Position numbers and translations under genes: made by a program
Notes under the pieces: generated by a model
Seen by the model: the letters and a program-made list of their open reading frames with translations, nothing else
Told to the model about the DNA's origin: nothing
Database searches by the model: none
Part shown: piece by piece, positions 1 through 12,974 of the stretch
Layout of the letters: every line of letters begins with the position of its first letter
How positions within the stretch are numbered: position 1 is the stretch's first letter
Origin: Ramazzottius varieornatus
Taxonomy: Eukaryota > Animalia > Tardigrada
Assembly: GCA_001949185.1 (NCBI GenBank)
Contig: BDGG01000003.1
Location: 2,649,158-2,713,157 of the forward strand
Direction: 5' to 3'
DNA: 64,000 bases

Positions 1-824
1 GACTCCAAGCACGCCGATCAAACATATCAACCATAGTTTTCGGGACTTCCGGGGTGCTGAACAGGTGCATCGGGTTGCCGCTGCTTTTTTCTTGATTTGC
101 AAATCACAAGAGCGTAAAGTGATAGGTAGAAGATCTGATTGCGGATCACGACAGAGATGAGTACTTACCTAGACTTAACACCCGGCATTTCGAAACATAA
201 TCACCTGCTCTTCACCAACATGAAGAAAATGCTTTTTTTCCCCGCGGAAATGGATCAGATAATCTGAGCCCTCTTTCTTTTCTCGCTACGTATGTGCTAC
301 GTAATTTTCACAGTAGTCTTCTGTGGTTCCAACTTCTATCTGAATATCAATATTTGCATGCAGTATAAAAGGGGAAGTTTTAATTATGGAGCGGCACGTG
401 ATTACATCCAGTGCGCTAACATGACACCTTATATATTTTCTCGTTACATTGTCCTGGATCTCATCCGTCATGATGAGTTCAGGGGCATAACTACCGTGAA
501 AGGCATCGTTTTTACCAAGAAGAAGCATAAAAAACAAAGGGAAAGTGCTCCGCACACCACCGAAAACCACCATTGTCTCCGCACACAGCCTGTCACCGCC
601 GTAGTCTCCTAATACCACCTTTTCACCACCGTTAATTAATTAGAATTTCAAATCTCTGCGCACCACTCTTGTCCGGAGGTCTCTCAAGCGTCTTTCTCAG
701 GCGTCTTTCTCAAGCAAAGAACTGCGGAAGTGGTTTTTAGACTGTTCAATAGTAAAAAGATCGAAAAACTGTTACTTTCGGGAGACCTGGTACCAGAGTG
801 GGATAACGAAGCCCGGTCACTATA

Positions 825-2566
825 CTGTATTCCCCCGATTTCTTCGCGAAGCTACGTCACACGTACGTACAGACTGCCCGCAAGTAAAAACGGACCGCCT
901 GGGCCATAGAACTGATTGTTTGATCAGCCTTTTCCCGAGAAGACTGATGAATAAGTTTCCCAACAAGTCTTCCGACGAAGAAGATACCAGTGGGAGATTT
1001 TGTGTGGGCTTTGGTGTGTTGATCTTGAACGCTAGAGATGGGGAGACCACATGCTATGTACAGAGTCAGCGAAGCACTGAGGAATGTGCGCGGACAGGAA
1101 CAGAGTGGGAAGTCGGTGAATGCGCACGCGAAACTGGTTACAATTCCTGAATCGACGATAAGAGGATGGAGGTAACACAATCGTTCAGAATCCTTAACGT
1201 AGAGTCCAGTCTGATAATTACGCTTTGCAGGAAAAAGCTACCGAAAGGCACGTACAAAAGCCGAAGAAAGCCAGTCTACGAGGACGTTGAGAGACGGGTT
1301 TACCCGGAGTTTGTAAGGACAAGAAACGTTGGGCTTCCGGTCCGCGACACCGACATTCGTATCTGGGCAGTGCAGTCTGCAAAATCCCTCAACTTGAACG
1401 ACTGTAAAGCCTCCAACGGATGGCTTTATCCAATAAAGAAGAAGTACCGTTTGACTTACAGAGCAACAACAAAAGTGGGTAGAAAGACCAAACCCTCGGC
1501 TGAAGATGAGGTAGCTTCTGATTTTCCGCCTAGATTTCTTGGTGTTTCCTCTCAGCCCTGCTGAAAAGATTTGTCGTACGCTGAACCGGTATTTCTTTCG
1601 ACAGAAAGAGGAGCACGAGTTCATGGAACGCGTTGAAGAAATCGTCACGCTAGAGGACACTCACCCAAGCAGAATCATAAATTTTGATCAGATCAGCGTT
1701 TTACTGCAAAACACGTATGGTAAAACTCTTGTCGCCGATTGGTGAAAAGCAGGTGCTTGTGACCCAGGCACCGGGTGAGAAGGAAAGATTTACGGTGGGA
1801 CTTGCCGTAACTGGCGATGGGCGAAAGTTTCCTGCTGCTATACTCTTCAAAGGGGAAGCGAAGACCGGAAAGTTGTCGGGAAGGATCGTAAACAAGTTAG
1901 TGACACCGGACAACGTTATCGTGTACAGTACACGAACGGCGTGGTGGAACTCTCGTCTAGATTTGGAATGGATCGACGATTTTTTTTATGGTAAAGACCT
2001 AGAATTCTTGTTCCTTCTTCGTGATCACTTTCCTGGACATCTAAAGTTCGAGAGCGCCGAGCTTTTGGAAGAAATGAAAGTGCATCAAGTCTTCATTCCA
2101 AAGGGGCTGACTGGCAAGTATCAACCACGTGACGTTGGTGTTAATGCGCCCTTAAAATCACTGATGAAGAAGGCATATCATGAATGGAGGAAAGTCAGGA
2201 CTGATGTGACAAGCAAAGGATATTTGAAAAAACTATCTCGACAGGACTTCATAAATTTCGTTTCCGAAGCTTGGAGCCAAACTACCCCTGAAACGATCGA
2301 GAACGCCTTCGTAGGAGCTCAAATCCTTCCCGAACCTACGTACGAGTTGGCTTGCCAAGGCTTTCCTGAAGAAGACGAAAGAAACATTTTAGAGTATAGC
2401 TTTAGCTCTGTCGAGGAAGGTTCTGATGAAGAAACGGCAGATGACTCTTCTCTAGAATACAGCTTCTCGAGTGATTGTTGATTAACTGAAATTGGTTAAA
2501 TCTACCCCCTGGTGGTTAAAATTCCTGAAGTGTGACGTAGCTTCGCGAAGATACCGGCGAATACAG
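825..2566 (+). mobile_element. pogo-superfamily DNA transposon (DD35D), TA target duplication
   Basis: Left end TA|CTGTATTCCCCCGATTTCTTCGCGAAGCTACGTCACAC; right end GTGTGACGTAGCTTCGCGAAGATACCGGCGAATACAG|TA. These ~37-bp TIRs enclose a transposase. Confidence 0.93.
1038..2481 (+). pseudogene. pogo transposase (HTH + CENP-B/Tc5 HTH + DDE_1), spliced, with a frameshift near 1725
   Basis: Exon MGRPH...IPESTIRGWR; ORF 1166-1564 has CENP-B-type HTH (KASNGWL...KKKYRL). NFDQ carries the first Asp; ORF 1684-2481 has LRD-35aa-D (QPRDVGVNAPLK). The frame breaks after YGKTL. Confidence 0.85.
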
Positions 2567-3061
2567 TAATCAAAGAGTTAGCGGTGTTCCGGCAAGTGCA
2601 GAGAACAGGAAGGACTCACGATCCTGAAGATCCGGGTGTTGATGAGTTCTTCTTGCCACCTGCAATCACGACAGAAGCGTGATCGAACTTTCTTCTCTGA
2701 AACTGAGTAATGAAAACCAATCTGGCAAAAAGTGGTGCTCGAAGTCCTTGGTGGTGGCACTAACTTAGAAAGTGGTGTACGGAGTAAACGGTGATGATGA
2801 TTTGGAATTGAAAGGTGGTATTAGGAGACTACGGTGGTGAAAAGTGCTATCAGGAGACTATGGTGGTGAAAGGTGGTGTGCGGAGCCTTCCTCAAAACAA
2901 AGACAGAACAATTGCCCCTCTCGACTTTGTCCAGCACGGACCGACAGCAGTCTTTCCGTGGGAACAACCATACCTATACTACTGTAGTATAAATATTACG
3001 TCTCGTCTGACAGACCTCTTGTTTTGTTGAATTTCTCAGCAAAATGTCAATACACAAGGAA

Positions 3062-3163
3062 GGGCTGCGGATGCAGTCACCGTTTTAACTAGCTATCGAA
3101 ACATGTAGCTACTGTACATGTTTCGATAGCTATGTAGTTAGAACGGTGACCACATCCGCCGCC
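3062..3163. repeat. ~100-bp palindrome (MITE-like hairpin)
   Basis: GCGGATG..GTCACCGTT.TAACTAGCTATCGAAACATGTA pairs with TACATGTTTCGATAGCTA..TAGTTA.AACGGTGAC..CATCCGC. Confidence 0.75.
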
Positions 3164-3181
3164 TACAGACGTCAGTTGTCC

Positions 3182-3768
3182 TAAGGTTGTAAATTCCTAA
3201 TTCCATTCCTTTCCAAATTCCGTTTCATTCCTGGAATTCCGTTCCGTTTCAAGGGGTAGCCGTTTGGAACGGTGGAATTCCTATTTGGAAGACTACCAAA
3301 AATCGGAGAAAATTTAGGAATTCCATGAGGTAAACAGTCAAAGATCCAACAGATCCTGTCGAAAAACTGAACCCGATGCTGGCTCACACATGCGTACCAC
3401 TGAGGCTAATTGGTCGTTCAGTTGAACGACCAATAGCATTTTCGATCCGTCGCACTAGAGTATGCGGCGAATTCAACTGTGCGTAAGTCCTTGACTTTCC
3501 CTTGGACTTTCAGGTCCGACAAGACCGAAAGTTCGGATCGGCCAATCTCCAGCTGGCTTTCAGTCTCAAAACCATATTTGTTGATGACTTCAGATCGTGT
3601 TTATTGTTTTGGATGGGTATGTAAAAAGAACTAAACTGGCAGATGGGACTTTGGAACTCCAGATTTTTGCGAGGACCTTCTGGAGAAGGAAATAAGAATA
3701 TAGGAAGATTAGGAATTCCTTTCCTATTTTCCATTCCAAGGGCATTTGGCCTGTAATTTACAACCTTG
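3182..3768. mobile_element. Degenerate non-autonomous TIR element (hAT-like ends) with GGAATT/TTCC subterminal repeats
   Basis: AAGGTTGTAAATT (3183-3195) and AATTTACAACCTT (3755-3767) form an inverted pair, with many GGAATTCC/TTCCATTCC motifs inside. No TSD found. Confidence 0.55.
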
Positions 3769-4629
3769 TCCTCGCCGTGGTCCCACAAAGGTCGGGATCA
3801 TCTCGATCAGATCCTGAGCTTCGCATCCAGGACTCCACGTATCCCTACAACGTCACCCTACCCTTACGCAGAGTGCTTCCTGATCGAGATCGGTGCAAAT
3901 GCTATATATGCCATCTCCGGTGGACCGCTATGAAGATACTGGAAGTTCGTCCACGTGCCGAAACTGCATAGCTTCAATCCAAAAGGATGTGAAACATCAT
4001 AATCCCGTTGAAACAGCAAGAAATCCTGCATGCAGAGGGTCTACGGGTACAGAACTCATTCGGCTCTTCACTCCTTTTCGATGGTCCTAATTATTTCACC
4101 CCGTTGACCCCGAAATATCAGAGAATCCCCAAGAGAGATTTTACAATGCATGTATCTATGTGATTTCGAAGATGTTAATCTGGTAATTTGACCAACCGGA
4201 CCATTTCATCCGGGATGAAGTCGTAAAGGTTTAAGACACAGTCTATAATCGGATGATGAGAACGAGGCGGGACTTCGGCCTCACGGCGGCTCACTGTCGC
4301 ATCCCTGCGAACCCTACCGCCCATAAAACCCGTCCGAAGATCAAGCGGCCTCCTGAGAGCTTACCTTGCACCTAAAGAAGCTCTGTACAGGAGTTGTTAT
4401 GGTTGGGACAGTGTGAATTTCGTGCGAGATCAACCTCGGATTTGTGATATGGAAAATCCCAGATGTGTAAGGGAGCCTTATGGAATTTCTGGAATTTGGC
4501 GGTTATTCCCTCTGTCGTTCGGTTCAGTCATGGAGTTCTGCGTGCTCTGATATACCGATACCGAGTTTAAGCTTAGTGAGTCGCGGGTCCTTCATATTCG
4601 TACATAGCCCGTCACTTTTATTAACGAAA

Positions 4630-7600
4630 ATGGACACTAACGCTGGTAGGGAAGATATGACTTTCTTCAGCAGCACCACCTCGAAGAAATCCTTGACGTT
4701 GAATGTGGCTAATGACTCCGGAGACCCGATGGAGAACGTGGACGGATTCGGGCAGGAGTTTATCTATGGCTTGGGTTTCGTCTACTGCCTCATCTGTGTT
4801 GTGGGACTTGCTGGCAACACTCTCGTTGTAAGTGTACCGAAAAAGGTCGAACGAATAATCGATCTAAGAAATTCTCAAACGATTTTCACAGAATTTTCCA
4901 TGTATTATTTTCTCAATATGGGAGCTGGACGAACGCAACGTACTGTACGAGACCGATATCTCAAGTGACGCACGGTTTCGTTGTTATTGCGTGGATGGTT
5001 GCGCCACTCAAGATGAACGATCTTGTACAATTTTGTTTGCCCAATTCACATAATATTTAGCTGGTCTTCCGTTTTTCCCCGCACGATTTTTGCGTGGCAC
5101 CCATGCTTACCGTTCTTGCATCAGGGTTAGCGTAAGAAAGTCCTTAATGAAACCGGCTCCACGAATGTCCCACGATTCGACAGATAGCTAAATGGTCGAC
5201 ATTTGTAACCGCTCAGCTAGACCAGAGATAATGGTTGAAGAAGATGAAGCTCATTAGCACCACGGTGAACGGACCCTGGAAACGATTACTTTAGTTCGTT
5301 CATTCGTGCTAATTTCCCGTACAGCGTACACGTTTACTGTGGAGCAACCGTGCAGGGTTTCCAGTAAGCGTTTCTAAAAGAAACACCAGACTACTTTTCT
5401 GATTAACTGACGAGCCAATCCTCAAGAATGCAACTCCCCCCTCGGGCTATCAAAGTTCCGGGAAAGAAGACTGAGGTGCGGGAAAAACCAGGGAGAAGAC
5501 AGGGAGAGGAATAAATGGGAGACCGGCAAGTATTCGATATTCACGGAATAATTGTCATCTCTAGTGCATCTCACGTGGTGCAGTCTCCTTTGCTGCTGGC
5601 TGGAAACGTGCGCTTTCAGAAAGTTTCCCGATAAAGTTACGAGTAGTATGACATACTGAATTCTGTTTTACAGTTCTACGTGGTTTGCCGATTTTCGTCC
5701 ATGCATACCGTCACCAACGTCTACATTCTGGCGTTATCGTTGGCGGATATTGCTTTCCTGGTGAATGTGCCTTTCCTGGTGGCTACATCCGTCCTGGGAG
5801 ACTGGCCTTTTGGTGATGTTTATTGCAAAATGTACGTGTAGGTACAAAACAAACGGAATGAAAACCTTTGCAAAGAGTCAAAGACTCAATAAAGGTCCGC
5901 AGTCAAAATGTCGCCCATTACACCAATTGCTACGAACCTCACCCAGACTGACAGATGCACCAAAGCCACTCTTCAGGGGATCCCGTGAAGAGTGGCTTTG
6001 GATGCACTATGCCCCTAGCCTTCTCAACGATACTTTTGAGCCCCTTTACACTGGTGATCTACTTTTAATTTCGTGTTGTCTTTCCCTCTCCTTTCCAGTT
6101 ATTACTCCGTCACGACCATCAACCAGTTCGCCTCGTCTTTCTTCCTGGTTGTTATGAGCGCAGGTAAAGTAAGGCTTCTTTCCCGTGATCAAACCATAAA
6201 AGCACAATAAATCTTCCCCGCAATGACGGTAATCCCTATAATCTTGTTTGTGCTCACTTACAGATCGATACTTCGCTGTATGGTAAGCCAAGTGCCCCGG
6301 TTTTTCCTGGAAGAAGCCTGAGAAGAGATCTTTTTCCAAAACAAAATGATGTCGATTTTAGCCACCCTACTCTGAGCAGACAGTTCCGCACCACGAATAT
6401 GGCCGTCATCATTAGCATCATTGTCTGGCTCTTCGCCATCACACTAAGTAAGACAAAACAGGCGGGGGAAAGACCTTACAACTTGGTTCGCACCTGCATG
6501 CATATGGCCACTCCATCTAATAGAGTCGATGTATGCAGGTACGTGAAACATGCGACCAGTCCCAAGAGCGACCTTCCCCAACAAACAGTTTTCGTATTGC
6601 TGACTATGTCTGAACTCGGTTACTGACTCACGACGTCCCCTCTTCTCCCTAGTGTACCCTGTGTTCGTCTACTCGGGCACCGGTGTCGATGAAGAACCCC
6701 TAGAGCCAGCTAACGACTTCACACGGACCCAATGCAACATTTTATGGCCGCCTTCGGAGACCTTAGGCATTGATGGGTCAAAACAATTTGCTTTATATGG
6801 GTTCGTGCTGGGATTCGCCTTACCCGTCGCTCTGATGGTAACCTTCTACGGAATGGTCCTTCGCCGCCTGCGGAACAGCCATGAAAAGGTGACCGAGACT
6901 ACCACTTCTGGCATTCTGACAGCCACCCCTGCGCACAGCCGACGACGCAGCAAACTACGTCGCGTGACGATGATGATCTTCGTTCTCGTCCTTGTCTACG
7001 TCGTGTGTTGGACACCCTACTGGTGAGCGAACTTTCTGAGATACTGTAATCATTCTGAAATTCGGAAGCGTCATTTCGGGCCAACCAGAAAGTAAGGACG
7101 AATTGGGCATGATGGCCAAGTCGGACACACATCAAGTCTGGCCTATATGTGCTGCTAACTGCCCCCATGGCCGATTTTCCCCGTTTGCCTCGTAGATGCA
7201 ATAACCTTCGCCCTACTGCCTCAATTATAAAAGCGAATTTTTCCTTCCATCATTTTCATTTAGACTAAATTTCAGGGGTGTGCAAATACATATAATCTTC
7301 GCTGATGCGACCGAAGGGGAATCCACCGATATCATCGTAGCTTCTTTGTCCCTCCAGTGTCTATGCTTTTTCAACTCCGCCTGCAACCCACTCCTGTACG
7401 CCATCCTAAGCGACAACTTCAAGAAAAGCTACAGTCGAGCTCTGAAGAAACTATCTCACGAAAAGCACAGAGAGCAAACTAGCCCACTGGTTTTAGTCAA
7501 CGGGAAGCCACGAAACAGCTGGATGGACTCTGATGGCTTCTTGGGCGAACCCACTATTGCCTCGGTTTCCGCCCAGCCTCACGTGCACATTCGAGTGAAG

Positions 7601-7654
7601 CCACAGAAAGACGTTCTCTTCCGGGTTGGCGACGAAATGCTAGTGCTTCTGTAA
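4630..7654 (+). CDS. Class A GPCR, somatostatin/allatostatin-C receptor-like (about 7 exons)
   Basis: Spliced motifs: TM1 VVGLAGNTLV; MHTVTNVYILALSLAD; WPFGDVYCK; MSADRYFAVCHP; TM5 FVLGFALP; TM6 YVVCWTPYW; TM7 FNSACNPLLYAILSDNFKKS. Confidence 0.85.
4945..5028 (-). repeat. Intronic palindromic element, copy 1 (reverse orientation; GPCR intron 1)
   Basis: Reverse complement reads GTACAAGATCGTTCATCTTGAGTGGCGCAAC-N23-CGTGCGTCACTTGAGATATCGGTCTCGTAC, homologous to the BLM-intron copies including the ATAACA spacer motif. Confidence 0.75.
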
Positions 7655-8052
7655 AAGAGTTTTTCCTTCGCTTTGCCGGTATTCTAAACACGGTCTTTTG
7701 GTTGCCGTTTTCTAAATTCTCCCTCCCCTACTTTGACTTTAGTGGGTTTCCCTCTCAAGTATCGAAACACCGAATCTAAAACGAGAGTCGGAAGGAGTAC
7801 TAGCAGTCAGATTCAAAGCCTTTTGGTATTGATGATCGGGAGAGGAGATAGTTAACATAAGTTAAAAGAAAACAAGGCAAAACGATTACCATAAAACAAG
7901 AACGTACGCCCCGTGCATCGATCAACAACACAGTGTTACAAAACTGTTGATATTTGGAATTGTTGATATTTGATTCTCGACCATAACGAGTGTTCATAAA
8001 AAATGAAAATCATCGTACCGTGCTTAGCTACCTTGCTAAGACCTTCTTAGTC

Positions 8053-10293
8053 TTACTTGATGTTGAGTGCATGCTCCAGCTCGGTGCGCCGCTGTTGGAG
8101 CTTGTTGGAAAAGTAGCGGTGGATGGCTTCTCTGGACCAGTCGCCGTTGTAGTGTTCGGCCCGGCGTTCCGCTTCCGGTAGACCGATGACGTCCGTTATC
8201 ACCTTGAGATCGGTTGTTTGAGACTGGATCCACCTGACGATGAAGTTCTGCGGGTCGTCAGCGAAGCTCATGAAGAACTCGCGGTTTGTTCGGAGCTGGT
8301 TGATCTGTTCCACCGTGTCGAAAATCTGGACGGGAAGATCAATACACGGATTACAGTCACGGATATGACACTGAGGGATTATCGTACCTTCGCATCTAAA
8401 TCCTGAATTTCCTTTATCTGTGAGACCCCCTGGAAGAAGCTGGTCATGTGTGGCTTCGCTGGATCATCCACATCGACGTCAACATCGTAGCAGGCCATTT
8501 TCCGGCCTGACTCCGAATCAACCCTATAAGACAAAGACATCACTTATACTATAGGCTCCTTACATTCCATGCGTACTATATTCGAAAATGTCAACACTGT
8601 TTGCCAAGCCTTACGATATCAAGTGATGGATGACAATCGGGTCCGGTGGATACAGCAACGACTGGAGTCGCTGAGCCGTCTCTTGCATCCTGAATCGAGG
8701 AGTGTTGAAGATCTGAATATCACGAAGACACTGTAGTCATGTCACTCATTTTCGGACTTTGCAAGCTAGGTACGTGTTAGAAGGTAGTCAAGCAGGGAGA
8801 TAAGCTTATGCTTACCACGGTCAAAGGTGGGTCCAGGTTGATCCATTCAGGATGTTCGGGGTCTTGTAGCTTATTTCTCTTGATGTAGATCCACAAGTGA
8901 TGGAATATGTTGGCCTTGGTACCCACGATCAAGCCAAGAACCTTGGCCAGTCTGTTATCCAATTTATAGTGAGGTGGCTGGAGAGTATAGCATCGATCAG
9001 GAACGGTATCCCATAAAGTGACAACAAGGAAGCTAACGAACAAAGGCATAAGCATACCGTGTAATCCAGCATCAACATGATAACACATTTGACATTCCTG
9101 TCGCCGATTCGTTTCACCTGGAACCCGTCGGTTTCTTGCGTCGTCGATGAACGGTGCCACTGTGGAGAAAACCAAATATCAAATTAACGAAGACCAAAAT
9201 TGTAATCGACAAATTACATACCTCGACCAAATGGTTGTCTGGCCCATATAGTTCGCGATCGAGTTCGATAACCAAACTGCGGAAGAAGGAAGAAAACTTC
9301 CGTCGAGACTTGGCTGTATCCGCTGGTGGCTTTCCTGCCGCGTCAGGCTGTGGCAACGGTTTCTGCAAATGAACTCATAACAGACATCGGTATTTAACTT
9401 ATTCGCGAACGTACCTGACTTGATACTTCTCGAGACTTACGTTCAAGTCTTCCAGCAAACGTCCTTCAACACGAAGTTCCCACATGGGATACACTGCTTC
9501 ACCAGTTTCCCCAACGTCGGTCTTCCCTGGTGTGTATGTGTGTGACACAAAGATACGGAGCTTCTTCTTTATCTATCAATCGACGAAAAAAACCACATTG
9601 AAATTCGCGATTCGTGATGACTGTGTCTGACAACGTATACAATAACGTATACCTTCTGTGGCTTGCGAATGGCTTCCTGGATTTCGATCCTTTTACGGGA
9701 AATAGTGTAGTCTAGCTTGCGTTCAAAGGACAGAAGATCCATGTATGCTTTCGACTCCGGAACGATAGCCTTGATCTGAGGAACACGGAACGTTGTTTGT
9801 TCTATGTGCCAATAAGATGCGATGAAAAGGTGGTTACTTACCCCAGGATGAAGACTTCGATCGGCCAGTTTGCGTTTCTTCTTTGGTTGTGGCTGCATCG
9901 CTCCAGTAGACCCACCTGGTCCCGAGGTCTGTCCTTGCAGACGTGGTTGTCCACCCATCTGAGGATGTCCGGGAGCATTTCCGGTCATGGCTTGCGCAGG
10001 TCGCTTCAGCGCAGCCGTCAAGGCAGCACGACCCCCTCCAGGTCCATATGGCACAGACGGCGGTGGCATGTCGCTGCGTCCATGACTGGACATAGGAAAC
10101 TGGCCCGGAGGAAAGGATGGACCTGCATACCCGGGATTCGGCCCAAAGATAGGCTTGCCTGATGGTCCGGCCGTTGACTGCGGTGGAGGAGCAATCTGCA
10201 AAACATGGTTAAAGATTAACCGAAGAGTGAGTACTGTACTGTAACATCAACCGATTATGAACAAACCTGGAGGCCAGAGTGGTGAGCAGACAT
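8053..10293 (-). CDS. SMARCD1: SWI/SNF complex subunit SMARCD/BAF60 (SWIB domain)
   Basis: [10 protein letters not shown]; [18 protein letters not shown]; [27 protein letters not shown]; SWIB region [13 protein letters not shown]; C-terminus EAERRAEHY...LEHALNIK. Confidence 0.93.
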
Positions 10294-10986
10294 CTTGCGG
10301 TCGTCACTGGTCCTTTGTAAGCGTGTCTGCGAATCAATATCTTGCTGTTTGCCCTTCGCAGGGATCCAGAGTTTCCACCGTAGTAAACTAGTAATGCTCG
10401 ATCGTCACAAGAAGTGCATCAGCAAGTGGCTCGACAACCTGGTGTTAACCAAAGTGCAACGGCGAGGATGGCTGTGTAGATAGCACAACAGAAAAGGGGG
10501 ATCTCCCTGGAACCTCCTAATATCATTAGTACAACGGATGACTCTCGATGATCAGCATCCTTTGCTTCCGAAACGCTCTACAAGTACTCAAGACGACGGT
10601 CGCAGAGCAAGAAGACGAGATCCGCAGCAAAATGACAACAAAGTCAAGATTCAACAATGCATTGAGAATTTCAGTAACGTGTTTACGGTAAACTGAACGC
10701 CTTCGCTCGGAAGCATTTCGACCAATAGCTTGGCCGGAACGCAATGGTCTCCGACTTAATCGCAACTGACCGCCCACCGAACGTAAACCGCAAGCTCTGC
10801 AGTTAAATTTATCTTCTTACCGGAAACGGAAGGCATTTTGTTTGTTTGTTGTTTTGTTAATTACGAGCTCAGACAGATGATCTGAAGCGAAACCTCAACG
10901 TCCACCTTGTCCTCAGTGTTGAATGATGGAGCTTGGAGAGTGATCGGACTTTGTGGAGTTGTCGTGCCTGCAAGCGCCCGTTCAGG

Positions 10987-12974
10987 ATGAATGCTCGCAT
11001 GAAGTACGAAAAACTGGAGAAAGTCGGAGAAGGTAAGAACGATGCTTCTGGTCGCCTCGAAGTCCAACACCAGCATCGTTACCGGTATGTTCAGGCTGCC
11101 CGTATCACCCTCTGTCGTAGGAACGTACGGAACTGTCTTCAAGGCAAGGAACCGAGGTGACCAACTGCAGTGTCGTTGCTGTAGTGAACATTTGAGCTTT
11201 ATAATCTTGTGCTGTCTTTCAGAGTCACACGACGTCGTTGCTTTGAAAAGGGTTCGCTTGGATGACGAGGACGAAGGTAAGAGACCGTGCAGTCCCGCAA
11301 GATGACTGCCAATGTGCCTGCGATATCCGCGTGTTTTGGCGACCATAGTTTGTGGCTGCTGACGTACTGCACGTGTGGTTCTTTGTCAGGTATTCCGTCG
11401 TCCGCTCTCCGGGAAATCGCTCTTCTAAAGCAGCTCCGACACAAGAACATCGTCCAGCTCTTGGATGTCATTCATACCGAGAAGAAGCTGACGCTGGTCT
11501 TTGAGTATTGCGACCAAGATCTCAAAAAGTACTTCGACTCTTTGAACGGCTATATCCAGCCAAAGGTAAAACCTTCCTGCGCCTCCATTGACAAGGGAAC
11601 GGAGGTGACCATCAGAGTCTGAACTTCCTCCAACTTTTTCTGTCGAAAGTACCCGGTCCTAGCTACCGTTCAAGGGTCCTTGCAGTTGCCACCGAGCACC
11701 TTTTAACCAGGGAGCAAATTTCGAATGCGTGGAACCCTCTCAAAACCACTGTGGGACCTTTGACTTCTCGATGTCTACTGGTTCTCGTATCGTCCGAAAC
11801 ATAACGTCTCCAGCAACAAAATGCATTAGATGAACTGGTGAACACTTCTGCTNNNNNNNNNNNNNNNNNNNNNNNNNNNNNNNNNNNNNNNNNNNNNNNN
11901 NNTTATGTTTCGGACGATACGAGAACCAGTAGACATCGAGAAGTCAAAGGTCCCACAGTGGTTTTGAGAGGGTTCGACGCATTCGAAATTTGCTCCCTGG
12001 CCAAAAGGTGCTCGGTGGCAACTGAGAGGACCCTTGAGCGGTAGCTAGGACCGAGTACTTTCGACAGAAAAAGTTGGAAGAAGTTCAGACTCTCATGGTC
12101 ACCTCCGTTCCCTTGTGAGTACGGTCCACCGCGAATCAGTCATCAACATATCCACGCACTTGTGTGTTTTGTTCTAGATTGTGCGGTCTCTGTTCTATCA
12201 GTTGCTTTGCGGTCTGGCTTACTGCCACTTGAAGAATGTGCTCCACAGGGACCTCAAACCACAAAATATTTTGCTCAATAAGGTATCGATCATGAGGTCG
12301 AGAATGATGCTAGGGAGTTTCATGGCGATGATGGTTCATTCTGTTTCACAACTTTATAGAACGGAGAAGTAAAGCTGGCCGATTTCGGTTTGGCGCGAGC
12401 TTTCGGCATACCTGTAAGATGCTACAGCGCGGAAGTGGTCACCCTCTGGTATCGCCCACCGGACGTTCTCCTTGGTAGGTGACCGGACCATCCCGGACCA
12501 TGTCCTCTCCGATGACATTGATGCATCCATTTACCACTTTCTCTTTAGGTTCGAAATTGTATAATACATCCATCGACTGGTAAGTTAGTCAACTTTCGGA
12601 TTTCCGCATGTCTGATTGAATTTGGTTGTTTCTGTAGTTGGTCTGCTGGATGCATCTTTGCCGAGATCGCCAACGCTGGACGACCTCTCTTCCCAGGTAG
12701 CGACGTTGAAGACGAAATGAAGCGCATATGCAAGCTCCTAGGCACGCCTAACGAAGTAATGTGGCCCGGCATGACTCAGTTACCCGAATACAAGCCACTT
12801 CCGGAGTACTCGCGAGGCGACTTCGCACTGGCGGTACCCATGCTCAGTGACTGCGGCTTGGACCTACTTCAGAAGTTTCTCATATGCAACCCAGCAAAGC
12901 GGATCTCAGCTGCCACTGCACTTAAGCATCCATACTTCGTAGAGATCGATGACGATCTGAACTTGGCTTCATGA
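10987..12974 (+). CDS. CDK5: Cyclin-dependent kinase 5
   Basis: [19 protein letters not shown]; [14 protein letters not shown]; diagnostic PSSALRE; HRDLKPQN; [27 protein letters not shown]; [10 protein letters not shown]. The start could instead be the ATG at 10999. Confidence 0.96.
11592..12115. mobile_element. Foldback/TIR element in a CDK5 intron, >=213-bp inverted repeats, 3-bp TSD (TGA), centre in an assembly gap
   Basis: 11592-11804 is the near-exact reverse complement of 11903-12115. Ends are TGA|CAAGGG...CCCTTG|TGA; N-run at 11853-11902. Confidence 0.85.

Larger units (their letters stand above)
540..2893. mobile_element. Non-autonomous Mutator(MULE)-like element with ~80-bp imperfect TIRs and 9-bp TSD, interrupted by a pogo insertion
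   Basis: GCTCCGCACACCACC...GTAGTCTCCTAATACCACC at 547-619 is mirrored by GGTGGTATTAGGAGACTAC...GGTGGTGTGCGGAGC at 2814-2886. The identical 9-mer AAAACAAAG flanks both ends (531-539 and 2894-2902). G-initiated long TIRs with a 9-bp TSD are typical of MULEs. Confidence 0.7.

Noticed and set aside
286-618. ORFs beginning MVLGDYGG (286-618 minus and 2815-3030 plus)
   Set aside because: The shared N-termini are translations of the two TIRs of the outer element, not genes.
11663-12044. Twin ORFs [16 protein letters not shown] on opposite strands
   Set aside because: By-product of the foldback inverted repeat.
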